From: Pecten maximus
Taxonomy: Eukaryota
Length of the DNA stretch: 64,000 bases
Assembly (NCBI RefSeq): GCF_902652985.1
Contig: NC_047021.1
Span: 35,526,001-35,590,000, forward strand
Direction of reading: 5' to 3'
The notes beneath the pieces were generated by a model. That model was not told the origin of the DNA. It did not search any database and worked only from the letters and a program-made list of their open reading frames with translations. Positions within the stretch are counted from its first letter, which is position 1. Every line of letters begins with the position of its first letter. This document shows, one piece after another, positions 1 through 14,041 of this stretch. A program made the translations under genes and the position numbers.

Positions 1-53
1 CTGTTAATCAATAAATATGTTCCAATGTATCAAGTGATTACTCTTTTGTCTAG

Positions 54-3000
54 GGACCATCGTGGCGGGAATGTGCATGCCATGTTGTGGCGATGCCGAG
101 GAGATGTCTCGGCGCCGGAAGTTATGTTCTGGCGCAGCCGTAGTTGGTGTGGGGTTCCTGCAGCTTCTTCTTACAGCCTGTTTCCTTGTTGGTTGGATTT
201 GGAGCGCCATCTGGGGGTTGTCCCTCGTTGGTACATCATGTAAGTTCAATAACCATTTATATAAAATGTTAAAATATTATCATTCTTATTTTACCAGGAT
301 GTATTTAGTAACTTCAAAATAAGCAAGAGCATTTTCACCTTTGACATTTTCTATTTACGGCGTTACGTTCATGTGACAATAAATGCAATTAGTTGACGTG
401 ACGAACATTGGTGTGGTAATAGTATGTGACAAAGACCGGAGCATATGACAATAGATGACAATAGATGACAATCAAAATCACCGTAATACATGTACAGTGT
501 ATATCACAATAAATAGCATGTGACAATAACCGGAGCATATGGCAACAATGCAGGTATGTGAACATTGTAATTATCATATTACAATGTATATAGCAATATA
601 TGGTAGATATTGTATGTGATAATAACTGTAATACGTGTGCATACATTGTAATGGAAAGAACCGTAATATGTGACAAAAAGTGTATGAGTTGTTTAGTGTG
701 TGACGATATCTATTACATTACATTAACCCTACTATATGATAATAACCGCAATATGTGATAATAACAGTAATTAGATGATAATAACCGAAATGTTGGACTA
801 TAAACATATTACGAAACATTATATGTGACTTGTGACTTGTCTGAAATGTGACTTCTATGTTTTTGGACACAACAAGATTTATTGACAGAATAACCATCAG
901 TTTCAGACCAATTCACCTGGTTACAAATGTATTTATGACATGCTATTTCTGTTTCATTTAAGAACCCCATCCCACCCTGCACTAGTTATATATTTAAATC
1001 ATGCGATATTTTTGCGTTGAAATGACAGTGGATTACTACGAAAAGCCGCAAGAAGTATCCAGCTGGAGAAATCGTGTCAGCAGTGCGCGCGCACAGTCAG
1101 ACAGTACATGTGGATGCTTTTCCCGGCCACTAGGCTCCGGCAGAAGACGGCCTCGTTCTAATTTCATCTACCCGATGAGGGCGCCATCTGACATCGACCG
1201 AGATAGCCCGCCACCACCCTACGTGATGTTTGCCACACCCCCTCCTTCCTACAGCCCGCCATCCCCTGCAGTTGGCGCCAACAGTAACGCTGGTCAGGTG
1301 AGTTCTTTTGAAAAGAAGATACATTAAGCTTAGGTCTTTTCACGTGCATGTATAAATATGGTTATCGGATATCTACGGGTCTTTCCATAAGGCACAGCCA
1401 AAATAGTTTTTGATGAAAATTCCGAAGTTTGACGTTACTCTATGAAGTCAGCCAAGTAGCCCTATTCCACTGCTACCAGAGTATCTTAAAATATCATTAA
1501 TAACATATTCCTGTTAAAATATGATCTAACGAGATGGCGATCCTCATGCTGAAAATAGTTTCCGATGAGACTGTTTAGAGGGCGGGTCGGCCCCTTCCCT
1601 CCCTTTCACTATGGCAGGAGTCGGCCCTCATCAGATTTTAAAAGTCTGATAAAACATGAAAACCCTTCGAATTAACTTATAATCTATAAGAGCCCAAAGT
1701 TATATTTAATTATTTCCCCCGCCTTTCCTCATTAGACCTCACTGCGCATACTTTTTAGCGACGAAATGGGCGGGAATTAAAACAAAGTTTTAAGACAAAC
1801 ACCTTACACCCCATAAGTAGATAAAGGCTGTTCGATGGCCATCGCATTGTTCATGCCATCAACAAATATATGATTTCCAGTATAAATGATATGTAACCTG
1901 AATTGATAGCGAAGATGCGAATAATGTGACTGGTTATCAAGCCCTGATTTAAGTAGAGAGAGTTATGGGCCTTTGTTAATTTTTCATCGAAGTTACCCGT
2001 GCATGTTGTACATTTATGTGCTGGGTAAAGCTCAGGGAAACACGGACTTTACCAGGATTTGTTCAAAAGTATATCTTTTTTTTAAAGTTTTTTTCAAACC
2101 CAAGTTGAACGTGGTCATAAATATTCGTTATAAAATTACCGAAGCGTGTCAGATATTGACAGCGACAGTTTCGTATTCTATTGACTGTGTCCATTTAAAC
2201 TAGTTTTATGGTTGAAAAAGGATTATATACGTCTATCTACAATAATATAGAGAAATCGATACGGCTTTCGGTGTTTTCATAATTTATAAATTAACGATCA
2301 CTCAACGACGTCTGCCAAAGCTGTCGACACTTTCCATACACTGGACACCGATAATGGACGCTGTAAGCTCGATTCTCGTCGAGGCATCTTAAATCAACAC
2401 GAATTATTGGTCATGGAATAGTGAAATATTTACATTGTATAGCATTGTAAATATTAATATCTGCTCAATATAATTAATGTAATCTAGTTAATATTAAAAC
2501 TACATAGAGTAGATATCGTTTTAACACTACAGGCGACTACAATGGAAATTTCTGTAAAGGAGATTTTCTTTTTTTTTCAGTTTTTTCTGCTTTGGAAATA
2601 TAAGAGAACCCATAATAGGAAAAAATTATTTGTATTACATAAATCACAGGGAATCGACACAATTTTCAGTCCAAGATCGATACGCTATTATCAGTATATC
2701 ATACTATTGATATACAATGTACGCAATGCGGGGTTGATGAATGGTGCCAAGCCCCTGTGACATAAACTTTGTCTGATGTGTCCGATGAGAAATTCGATAT
2801 TCGTGAACATGTCGACATGATATAAATCATATCTATATAATACCCGTATACACGGACCTGAAATCAATACTATATCATTTATTCGTGTGTCAAAATAACT
2901 TATAAATTGTATATCAAACAGCCATTGTATTTAGAAGAATGGAGCTTGGCCTAAATATTTTACACGTACAGAATATTTTTCGAATTGTCTTATCAAACTG

Positions 3001-4979
3001 ATGTTAATATATGTACATACATGATGTTACAGCGAATATTTCTAAAACCACAAAATGCCATGACAGCTGATATTTAGATTAAGAGACTTAAAATGTATAT
3101 TGAAATTATATGAGAAGAACTTTAGTTTTATAACTGGAGAATGTCATGCAAAAAAAAAAAAATGAATATATATATATATATTGCCCATTTAATCAGTCAA
3201 TATTAATAATTAATGAAGAGCTTGAAACATTTTTTATTTACAGCCTTGCATGATATACTGTAGGAAACTATATTTAAACCCTAACCCCAGGTTTAAATCA
3301 AACATACTTATAGATGTTAATTTGTCCCGTTTATCTAAGAGTTATGTGTCTATAATATCATGGTTTTATTCCGCAAAGAAAGTGTATCACAAATTGATTT
3401 TATTGTTTAGTCATATATTTGACTCTATTACTAAAATTAAGTTTTTTGGCTAACCAATGGAAGCTGTTGTACTTTCACTGCCTTACTGTATTAAATCATT
3501 TGTAATGAAATATATACATTATGTATATGGGTAGTTGAGACTACAAACCTTATTGTATAGACTTTATATACATTGATAGACGGTGTATTGTTTTGTTGCC
3601 ATCATGTATCGAATTTCTGTCCCCGAGGATATGGCATTATTAACATTCCAAAACAGACATTTAAACTTTACAATGACTTATTGTGAATCAATGTTTTTAT
3701 ATGGAATCACGAATTTCATTAACATTCAATGCTATATTGCTTATCTCCCTTACATATTTTGCAAGTTGTTTATAAACTAAAAATCTACTGTTCCTTAAAC
3801 CTATAATACAGAATTTTAAAGCGTTATATTAGAGTTAAGGATGTATGTTACTTTTATACATATCGAGTTAAGGATGTATGCTACATGTACCTTTTATGCA
3901 TGTCTTTTATTGAAGAGTTAAGGATGTATGCTACCATTTATAGATATCGAGTTAAGGATGTATGCTACCTTTTATACATGTCTTTTGTGTTAGTGTTAAG
4001 GATGTATGTTACCTTTATACATATCGAGTTAAGGATGTATGCTACCTTTTATACATGCCTTTTTGTGTTAAAGTTAAGTATGTATGTTACCTTTTATATA
4101 TGTCTTTTGTGTAAGAGTTAAGGATGCATGCTACCTTAAACATTATATTTCGATCTGTGTTATAGTAAATGGTATATCCTACATTATACCGGTGAATAGT
4201 GTTAGGAGTTGTCACCCTTCCAAGCATTTTGTTCCGCATGGGTTAAATACTGTGTATAAGGTGTTGAAAACTGCTGCATGTATCTAGTATATGATATTTT
4301 TTGACTAAAAAATAAGAATAAGACTTATATATATCCTAGTGTATCTTAAAAAAAAGTAAATGTAAAAATGATCATGTAACAAAATCAACAAATGTGATAG
4401 AATATAGCAGAAAACTTTCGGTGGTTTGAGAGTGTTTCTAAAGCTAAAAATTGCAAATTGATATGTTACAGCTCCCGACGCAAGACTTGCCAGAAAATAA
4501 TGAAACCCCAAATCTCAGCTCCGCAAATCGATGTGCAGTGTGCCAGAAAGATTTCGTTACAGAAGAACACAGGGTAAGCTAGTGACGTCATACTCAACAA
4601 TTGTCAATCCTTCACAGAGTTATCGTTCTTTTTTAAGCAAATCTTCTGACAATACTATGACTATATTTGTATGTATTGAATGTATCGAGTACATATTTAC
4701 GTAAAAATAATGAAAATGTACGGAGGAAACTGAACTAATCAATACCATGGATAACGCCATAAACTAAAATCAATATCAGCAAAAAATTTAATAATGAATA
4801 ATAAAAATTATTTCTATTTTTATATATTTCAGTTTTCCTGTCGGCGGTGTACAGATATTGTGTGTGGTCATTGTTACACAAAACGTATTCCATTCCAAGG
4901 GGGAGATTGCTCTATCGTGTGTGACGTATGTTATAATGAACATCTCGAGATGGAGGCGGAAATGAACGACCACATATAG
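54..4979 (+). CDS. stum/SPEC3-family membrane protein, copy 1 (5' exon outside window), with PPxY tail and C-terminal FYVE-like zinc finger. Exons 54-239, 1029-1297, 4472-4573, 4833-4979
   Basis: Exon 54-239 (tag|GG...T|gtaagt, phase 1/1, 186 nt) encodes GTIVAGMCMPCC...GFLQLLLTACFLVGWIWSAIWG, the stum/SPEC3 signature. Exon 1029-1297 ends at CAG|gtgagt. Exons 4472-4573 (cag|...AGG|gtaagc) and 4833-4979 (ttcag|...TAG) join in phase 0 to give CAVCQKDF..HRFSCRRCTDIVCGHC...IVCDVC. Confidence 0.8.
3826..4137. repeat. Degenerate minisatellite (core GAGTTAAGGATGTATGCTACC)
   Basis: About 8 imperfect tandem copies of the core in an intron of stum copy 1. Confidence 0.85.
4472..4979 (+). CDS. Two exons (4472-4573, 4833-4979) encoding a degenerate FYVE-type 8-Cys zinc finger
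   Basis: Spliced peptide CAVC-x12-CRRC-x4-CGHC-x15-CDVC has FYVE Cys spacing and the conserved Phe after the first Cys pair. Splice sites are canonical and the frame is preserved. Confidence 0.75.
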
Positions 4980-6385
4980 CACTGCGCAAGCGCAATAGAC
5001 GTATCGGTTTTCAAAACCGATTTGGATTAACTTATTTCATACCGTTTTTAAACAATATTGAATCATAACTCGATGTCCTTACTAGGATTTTAAAATTTGG
5101 TATGGATGTTACAAAGATCAAGCTCAGCTACAGAACATGTGGTGATACACACAAGACCATTCTCTGGAATTTAAGTATGCCTACGATATTATGTATCTGG
5201 GTGTTTGTGAACTTCTTATAGGGAGATGATTTGATCTTCATCAGACAGATGCTTGTTGAATTGGCGAGAGTTTTACTCGCATATCAAGCGTTTTGTCGAA
5301 CATGATGTATAACACAATGTTACTTTATACTGTGATATTCTCTCTCCCAGGGTTCATAGTGCCAGTAAATATGTTGGGGGCCGCAAAGCACTCTGGGAGA
5401 TATGTATAATGTGATAGAAATATATTATGGTGCTGATCTTCGGTTTGGTTTAAGATTCATTTTTGACTTCGTCTTGTTAATATGTTATCTCCTCATTTCC
5501 AACGTGAGCGGGCGTTTTCCTGGTGGTATACACACCCGGAACTCCTCGGGGAATCTACATTATTTCAGTGACAATGCCCGTCAAATACTTACACTTGGAT
5601 GTCAATATTTTCATAAAAATAAGTATGTTCATTTAGTGATTATAAGATTTAATAAATCAAAAGTTTCATACACAGAAGAATGTTGAATTTCTCCGCATGC
5701 AGGTGCCGGTGACTGCTATTTGTCACTGGTATCTTTTGATTTCTCAATATTTTTTCTAACCTTACTCGGAGCACAGGGACAAACAATAGAATATTACATG
5801 TCATATTACAGGAAAATGAAATATTACAAGTTCATGTGACTCGGAGTTATACGAGGGACTTATGTCAGGGACCTGAGAATTTGCCTCAGTCTATACATGA
5901 TATAGTTTTAAATGTAATAAAACCTGTATAGAGGTTACATCAGCATTCGACAGACACACTATACATACATCATTGAGGGGAACCTACTATTAATATACAA
6001 CCTAATTACACATGTACAGTATAATAAGTATCTACTGATATACTGTAGTCGTCGCGCTAGGTCTTAAGGAACCCTAACAATTTCTCTGGTCCCTAGCGAT
6101 CGTCTACGCAGATCCGTCCTTTTCTGATAGACAGACGGATAAATCAATCATTCACCATCAATCAAATTATAGACAACAGTGATATTGTAGTTGCTACCAC
6201 AATTAATATCAGAAGAATGTTTCGAAATCCGACCCAAAGTTTGAAAGATATTTACGCTTATCAATTCCACGAAACACATCAAGGATAGAATTAGAATGAA
6301 GAAATGTACATTATAAATAACAAAGATCCCAATGTTATGATGTATGAATAATGGAAATACGATATAAACATCACGTGTAAAATAG

Positions 6386-8097
6386 AAAGATACAGCATCA
6401 ATAACAAAGATACAGCATAAATATCAAAGATACAGCATGGATAACAAAGATACAGAATGAATAACAAAGATACAGCATGAATTACAAAGATACAGCATCA
6501 ATAACAAAGATACAGTAGGGATAACAAAGATACCGCATCAATAACAAAGATACAGCATCAATAACAAAGATACAGCATGAATGACAAAGATACAGCATGG
6601 ATAACAAAGATACAGCATGGATAACAAAGATACAGCATCAATAACAAAGATACAGCATGGATAACAAAGATACAACATGGATAACAAAGATACAGCATGA
6701 ATGGCAAAGATACATAATGAATAACAAAGATACAGCATCAATAACAATGATACAGCATGGATAACAAAGATACAGCATGGATAACAAAGATACAGCATGG
6801 ATAACAAAGATACAGCATGAATTATAAAGATACAGCATGGATAACAAAGATACAGCATCAATAACAAAGATACAGCATCAATAACAAAGAAACAGCATGA
6901 ATGACAAAGATACAGCATGGATAACAAAGATACAGAATGAATTACAAAGATACAGCATGAATTACAAAGATACAGCATCAATAACAAAGATAAAGCATGA
7001 ATGACAAAGATACAGCATGGATAACAAAGATACAGAATGAATTACAAAGATACAGCATGAATGGCAAAGATACAGAATGAATAACAAATATAGAGAATGA
7101 ATAACAAAGATACAGCATCAATAACAAAGATACAGCATCAATAACAAAGATACAGCATCAATAACAAAGATACAGCATGGATAACAAAGATACAGCATGA
7201 ATGGCAAAGATACAGAATGAATAACAAAGATACAGCATCAATAACAAAGATACAACATGGATAACAAAGATACAGCATGGATAACAAAGATACAGAATGA
7301 ATAACAAAGATACAGCATCAATAACAAAGATACAGCATCAATAACAAAGATACAGCTTGGATAACAAAGATACAGCATGAATGACAAAATTACAGCATCA
7401 ATAACAAAGATACAGCGTGGATAACAAAGATACAGCATGAATTGCAAAGATACAGAATGAATAACAAAGATACAGCATGAATAACAAAGATACAACATGG
7501 ATAACAAAGATACAGCATGAATGGCAAAGATACAGAATGAATAACAAAGATACAGAATGAAAAACAAAGATACAGCATCAATAACAAAGATACAGCATCA
7601 ATAACAAAGATACAACATGGATAACAAAGATACAGCATGAATCGCAAAGATACAGAATGAATAACAAAGATACTGCATGAATAACAAAGATACAACATGG
7701 ATAACAAAGATACAGCATGAATGGCAAAGATACAGAATGAATAACAAAGATACAGAATAAATAACAAAGATACAGCATGAATGGCAAAGATACAGAATGA
7801 ATAACAATGATACAGCATCAATAACAAAGATACAGCATCAAAAACAAAGATACAACATGGATAACAAAGATACAGCATGAATCGCAAAGATACAGAATGA
7901 ATAACAAAGATACTGCATGAATAACAAAGATACTGAATGAATAACAAAGATACAGCATCGATAACAAATATACAGCATCGATAACAAAGATACTGCATGA
8001 ATAACAAAGATACAGTAAGGATAACAAAGATACAGTAGGGATAACAAAGATACAGCATCAATAACAAAGATACAGAATAAATAACAAAGATACAGCT
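6386..8097. repeat. 20-bp minisatellite (ATAACAAAGATACAGCATGA and variants), about 85 copies
   Basis: Exact 20-bp periodicity visible over about 1.7 kb; it generates the spurious Cys/Leu-rich minus-strand ORFs. Confidence 0.98.
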
Positions 8098-8220
8098 TTT
8101 AATTGATAAACTATATAAGGTTAAATGATAAAATGCGTGGACGTTCCTTTTACCTTGAATATTATGCGTAAATTGCGTTTTTTTGTATGTTGAATATCGG
8201 TAGGTAATAATTAAGATCGG

Positions 8221-9130
8221 TACGATAATGATAAAGTTATACCGATAATGATAAAACAATACCGATAATGATAAAATTATACCGATAATGATAAAACTAT
8301 ACCGATAATGATAAACTATACCGATAATGATAAAACTATACCGATAATGGTAACGTTATACCGATAATGATAAAACTATACCGATAATGATAAAAATATA
8401 CCGAAAATGGTAAAGTTATACCGAAAATGATCAAACTATACCGATAATGATAAAGAAATACCGATAATGATAAAACTATACCGATAATGATAAACTATAC
8501 CGATAGTAATAAAACTATACCGATAATGATAAAACTATAGCGATAATGATAAAACTATACCGATAATGATAAAACTATACCGATAATGATAAAACTATAC
8601 CGATAATGATGAACTATACCGATAATGATAAAACTATACCGAAAATGGTAAAGTTATACCGATAATGATAAAATTATACCGATAATGATAAAACTATACC
8701 GATAATGATAGAACTATACCGATAATGATAAACTATACCGATAATGATAAAATTATACCGATAGTGATAAAACTATACCGATAATGATAAACTATACCGA
8801 TAATGATAAAGAAATACCGATAATGATAAAACTATACCGATAGTGATAAAACTATACCGATAATGATAAAACTATACCGATATGATAAAAATATACCGAT
8901 AATGATAAACTATACCGATAATGATAAAACTATACCGATATGATAAAAATATACCGATGATGATAAAACTATACCGAAAATGATAAAACTATACCGATAA
9001 TGATAATATATACCGATAATGATAAAATATACCGATAATGATAAAATATGCCGATAATGATAAGTTATAAATGATACAGCTATACCGATAATAATTAAGC
9101 TTTACCGACAGTGATAAAGCTACACAGATA
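8221..9130. repeat. 19-20-bp minisatellite (ACCGATAATGATAAAACTAT), about 45 copies
   Basis: Direct tandem periodicity. Confidence 0.97.
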
Positions 9131-9618
9131 ATAAAGCACCATCAATATTGTGATTTTAAGAATGAAAACAAAACAATGTAAGGTATTTTTTAGATATTTA
9201 TTTATTAAACTTGAGAATTGTTTCCCTGAAAAGTTGTCATATTTTTTCACATACCTATCGTTCACCTTGACTTTATGATTTGGTTTGGGATAATGTAAAA
9301 AACGGACTTGTGTAAGTCTAGGGAAAATATCGTGATATCATATAATTATATAGGAATATATCATATATACATGTAACTGGTTTGATAGGCTGCCTCAGGT
9401 GTTGTATGAAGGCTGTAATACCTGTTATACATATCATACGCATGCACATTATAAGTTTCCTTATCAATAATAGAGTATAGACCCAATACACAGACACATT
9501 CGCTTGCTGACACACATACCACGGTGATGCTACGGTAAACACACATACACACAAACTGGCTGAGCATACCGGATGTGGTGATTCCTAAAGAATTAATCTG
9601 ACCCCACGGGATAGCTAG

Positions 9619-11057
9619 ATGGGTGTCGGTAGTGGTGACGGGACCCTGAGGGCCCGGGGTAAGAAGAAACGGATCTATATCCCTGCCCTTCCAATGCCCC
9701 TGGCGACGCTGTGCTGTGTGCTCAATTTCATAATACCTGGACTTGGTATGTATACTTATGTTTACATTTACTTACCTGTTTTAAACATATTTAGGTACAT
9801 TTCACATTGCTATGTAATGATTCAAATACGTGTGTTGCGTGTCTACAACATAATGGACAAGTTCGTCACACGTGTGTATTTCTCGTATGAACCATTTGTA
9901 CAACTACATGTAGGATGTTTACATTCTATGGGCGTTGGTGACGCATTCCTGCTCCATTTCACGTGCTTTCGAGTTTAATTTAACAGAGCATATGTCAGGA
10001 TCACATTATAAGCACAGATAGGAACTATATAAATACAGTATAAACAATATACGAAAAGAGGACAAACGGGTTCCAGACGTTGACGTAATCACCAATGAAG
10101 TGGTTCCGTGTTATCTGACACAAGACTGCTAGAGTTATTCCCCTTTATCCAGGTTTTGGATTTTAGAACTTTGCTTGATACTATCACGTCATTCTTGACT
10201 AATTATTTAGGAACTATCGTGGCGGGATTATGCGTGTGTTGCTGTTCACGGAACGAGGACATGGGAGGCGGGGAGCAGTGTGGGAGTTGCACAATGAGCA
10301 TCCTGATCGGACTCCTTCAGCTAATTCTTACAGCTCTAATCATTGGCTGGGTGTGGTCATGTGTCTGGGGCGTCATGATGATTGGCATGTCATGTAAGTA
10401 TATCAACTTAATTTACGCGTGATGTCATTACAAACTCCCTGCATGTCAGGTTACCAGTTTTAATGAAAGTTCCTAAGCTAAGATTTTCCCTTTTGAATTT
10501 TAAGTTACAAAGTACCTTGGTCCAGGTAAGATAATGTACTAGCCCCCTACCGACTAACTAAACTCATCTTTATTTGTAAAGTGAATAATTTGCTTTACCA
10601 CTTAATTTTCATTTCAGCTGAATATTACCACGACAATCCGGCGTATGGCGATACGGCGACATATCCGGTAAATCCACAGCAGCAAGGTGTCCCTGCTAAC
10701 CAATACGGATCTCCGGGACAGGCGGGAGTTCCTCCTAATCAGACATACCCCTACCAACCAGCACCAGGTGGTTACCAGCCAGGTCAACAACCACCTTACA
10801 ACCAGCCTCAACCCTACCAAACACCGGGTCAACCGTACCAATCACCGGCTCAACCCTACCAAACACCGGCTCAACCCTATCAACCGTCAGTTCAACCCTA
10901 CCAACCACAGCCAGGGCCCCACATGGGCGGGTTCCCTCCTCCAGAGCCAAATCCAAAGATGGCCCCTGCGGGTCCGCCACAAGCACCCCCCTACTCAGAA
11001 AACAGATTAGAACCATCAGCGCCAATGGAACCACCGCCCCCGTATTCACCAACGTGA
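9619..11057 (+). CDS. stum/SPEC3-family membrane protein, copy 2 (249 aa) with Pro/Gln/Tyr-rich tail. Exons 9619-9745, 10211-10393, 10618-11057
   Basis: IPALPMPLATLCCVLNFIIPGLG|TIVAGLCVCCC...IGLLQLILTALIIGWVWSCVWG is the SPEC3/stum motif. Splice sites G|gtatgt, ttag|GA, T|gtaagt and ttcag|CT are all phase 1. Total 750 nt in frame, ending PPPPYSPT*. Confidence 0.92.
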
Positions 11058-12116
11058 AACAGAAATGTGAGTCCATTTCCGGTTTACTAGAATTCAAATC
11101 ACACATTCCCGGCAATGCAGCTTGGGACTGTCAGATGTCAATCGGTGCCGCATGATTGGCTCTGGTGAAGGTTGTTTAGATATCTAATTTTGGAGGAGAT
11201 GCTTTATGAAATTAATGATTCACACTTGGAAACTGGAATTGTGACATGTCCAACAAGTGAATGACGTCATCGTCTCAATATTGTGAGAGGGTTACTCATT
11301 TATAGGAAACTGTAATCCAGCTTGGATTTACTGATCTACTGAAATTGTCAGAAGCGTATTACTGATATTTACGCTTCCAATTCTGTAATGTCTCATAACT
11401 TAGACTAATTTTCATTCCAAGTGTCGTTTTTGTCATTATACTTGATCGTGAAAAAGTTTGAGAACAAACTTGTAAATAGCGACGACATATTTTCGAAGAC
11501 TTCCGATTGGCAGTGTTATCTTTAATCAGGGCGAGCAGATTTGGTCTGCGGGCAATTAAATGCTGGCTTGTACATGCCCGATAAACAAGCGGAATTTCCT
11601 TAAAAGTTTTACCTTTTCATTTGAGAAATTAAAAATGCTACTTATTCAGTTTAATTGGACCACCATGTTTCACCTTTGACCTACATTGTAGTACTTTTGA
11701 TCCCAAACTTGCCCGAAGGACCAGTGACGCTGAAATCATACTACTTGCCCTTCAATATACATGTAATATTACTTATCTCAGCTATGGGGCGCCAAACAAA
11801 GCTAACAATTATATGCACGATTTACGACACTTGGTAACGGAACTAATTAAAATCTCAATGTGATAATTACATTTGTCTTTCAATATTCGAGTTCTGATAA
11901 GATACAGTTTTTATCTTTACTCAACAAAAAGTTGATTTAAACAAATTGAAACCACGCCTTTTTAATATGATTTTTCATCTTAGTTTAAAAAAAGATATCT
12001 TTTTGAGTTACGTTTTTAAGCTTTTATGTGTTTTTGTAATGTACATAGCTTCTTACTTGATTCTCAATTTCGAGCACATATTATTGTACAGATTTTCAAT
12101 CAAATATTACGTACTG

Positions 12117-12457
12117 TCGGTGGCTAATATTTGATATTTGTCTTTTCGATTTGTCACCCGCGAAAAGACACAACGCGACAAAGCGAAACAGCCTTAAAGC
12201 AATAATCGCCAAAGCGAAATAACGAAAAATAGGTAAAATCGCCAAACTGAAATACAATTTGACGACAGTTGTGTTTTATGCTTTGTGCCCTAGTTTCTTC
12301 GGTTTTTTAGGATTTATTCATATCAAAACATGATTTTTGTTTTGGCGATTTTTCATCTTTTCGCTTTGACGGATTTTCGTTATTTCGTTTTGTCGCTTGA
12401 TATTTTTTCGCAGGCGATAAAGCGAACTGACGAAATGTCGTATGTAAGCCAACGTTA
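12117..12457. mobile_element. Degenerate foldback/MITE-like element with long inverted repeats
   Basis: The left arm (ggtggctaat...tttgtcacccgcgaaaa...gcgacaaagcgaaa) is an imperfect reverse complement of the right arm (tttcgttttgtcgc...ttttcgcaggcgataaagcg...taagccaac). Confidence 0.55.
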
Positions 12458-12655
12458 TTGTATATACATGCACGATGATGATAATGACCTTAATTCACAA
12501 TAACACCCAGCATGCCTGATACCTACAATGCAATGTATATATATGAACATGCAACAAGTGTTCAACTACTTCAAGTTCATGGGTTGTGCTCGTTATATTG
12601 AATAAGTCAAGTCATATATGTATATGAGTGTGGTGGGTGTATCCGTGTGTTTGAT

Positions 12656-12692
<37 letters not shown>
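12656..12692. repeat. Poly-G run (37 nt)
   Basis: Homopolymer seen directly. Confidence 0.95.
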
Positions 12693-14041
12693 CTGTTTGA
12701 TTTTATAAATATTTTACATTAAGTAGATATTACATGATAGTGCATGATGTTGTATTTTGTTTATATACTGCACTTAAAAAAATCTATCACCAATTTGTTA
12801 ACAAACAAACATAATTGGTTTAGCATAAAATACATATAATAAATTTAAACTTACCTATTTGTAACAGTACATGTACTAAAGAATATGAAAAAGTATGTAT
12901 GCAAAGGTTTATTTGATAAGTTAGTATAATTTTTTTGTCATTTAAAAAACAATGTTAATGTGAATCTGTACCTTATTTTAAAGATTCATTATCTTTGAAC
13001 ATATTTTTAGATGACATGGATTTCTGTATGGCTGTTTAGTTAACCAATACAATATCTGAGGAATATGTTACCCATAAGTTGATTATTGTCTTTATTTTAC
13101 TTAGTGACATGGCCAACTTGTGTATAGTCAAGATACTAAGTACAGCAATGTTACTAATTATAATTACATGTTGATGCATGCCGGGTAATGGATGAAAGTC
13201 TAAATGAAATATTGAATGGAATTTGGTGAAACACGAGATGTTGGAAAAAGAAAGAGAATAATTTAAGAAAGAATGAAAAGGAAGAGACCGAGAGAGTAAG
13301 ATCATACATTAAAAATAAGATTATGGGTGAAAAACAAGATTTTGTGGGAAAAACAAGATTTTGGGTGAAAACAAGATTATGGGTGAGAAAAACAAGATTA
13401 TACGTGAAAAATGGCATATTTTGGATAAACTTCATGTGATATGGTTGTGGATAATGTTTATTTAATCTTCTGTCTAATAAAAAACAATATTGTGTTTATA
13501 TGCCGACCTTTACTGTTATTATGGTTCGTCGTTAACGCCTGTAGCTACTACGTCACGTAATTAATAATAATGTTTTAAAAATCATACAATGTTATTAGTA
13601 TGTTAAAATTGTATAATAAATCATACATTTATGTTATCAAAAAATTGTTAAATTTTAATTATTCACGGGTACATACTTCATCGTAATAAATCCCTCAAAA
13701 CAAGCTGATTTACCCTGATAGTTATCTTATTGCTGAACATATATATATATATCATACACATACTCTTTAAAGTGACATCTGACAATCAGAAATGTTTAAG
13801 TTCCAAGTTTAAGTTCAAATGCATAAACAGCAACAGATAAGATATAAAAATTGATACAAGTAATATAATCAGGAACATATACACTGCTATATCATATCAT
13901 ATAATAATTAATTGATTTAAATATAACATTTACTTATAAATTTCTAACATAAGGTCATTTCAATGGTACAAATTTCTTTCTAATAGTATATATCGGCGAT
14001 AAGATAGGCCCATTATCTTCAGGTCAAGGTTTTTAAACAAA

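Noticed and set aside
6538-8259. Cys/Leu-rich minus-strand ORFs up to 289 aa
   Set aside because: They are translations of the 20-bp minisatellite, with the same peptide in all three frames.
6386-9130. CRISPR-like regular repeats
   Set aside because: No unique spacers, eukaryotic context and no cas genes.
12656-12692. Poly-G as a functional G-quadruplex
   Set aside because: Such runs are common in these genomes and their length is error-prone; there is no supporting context.
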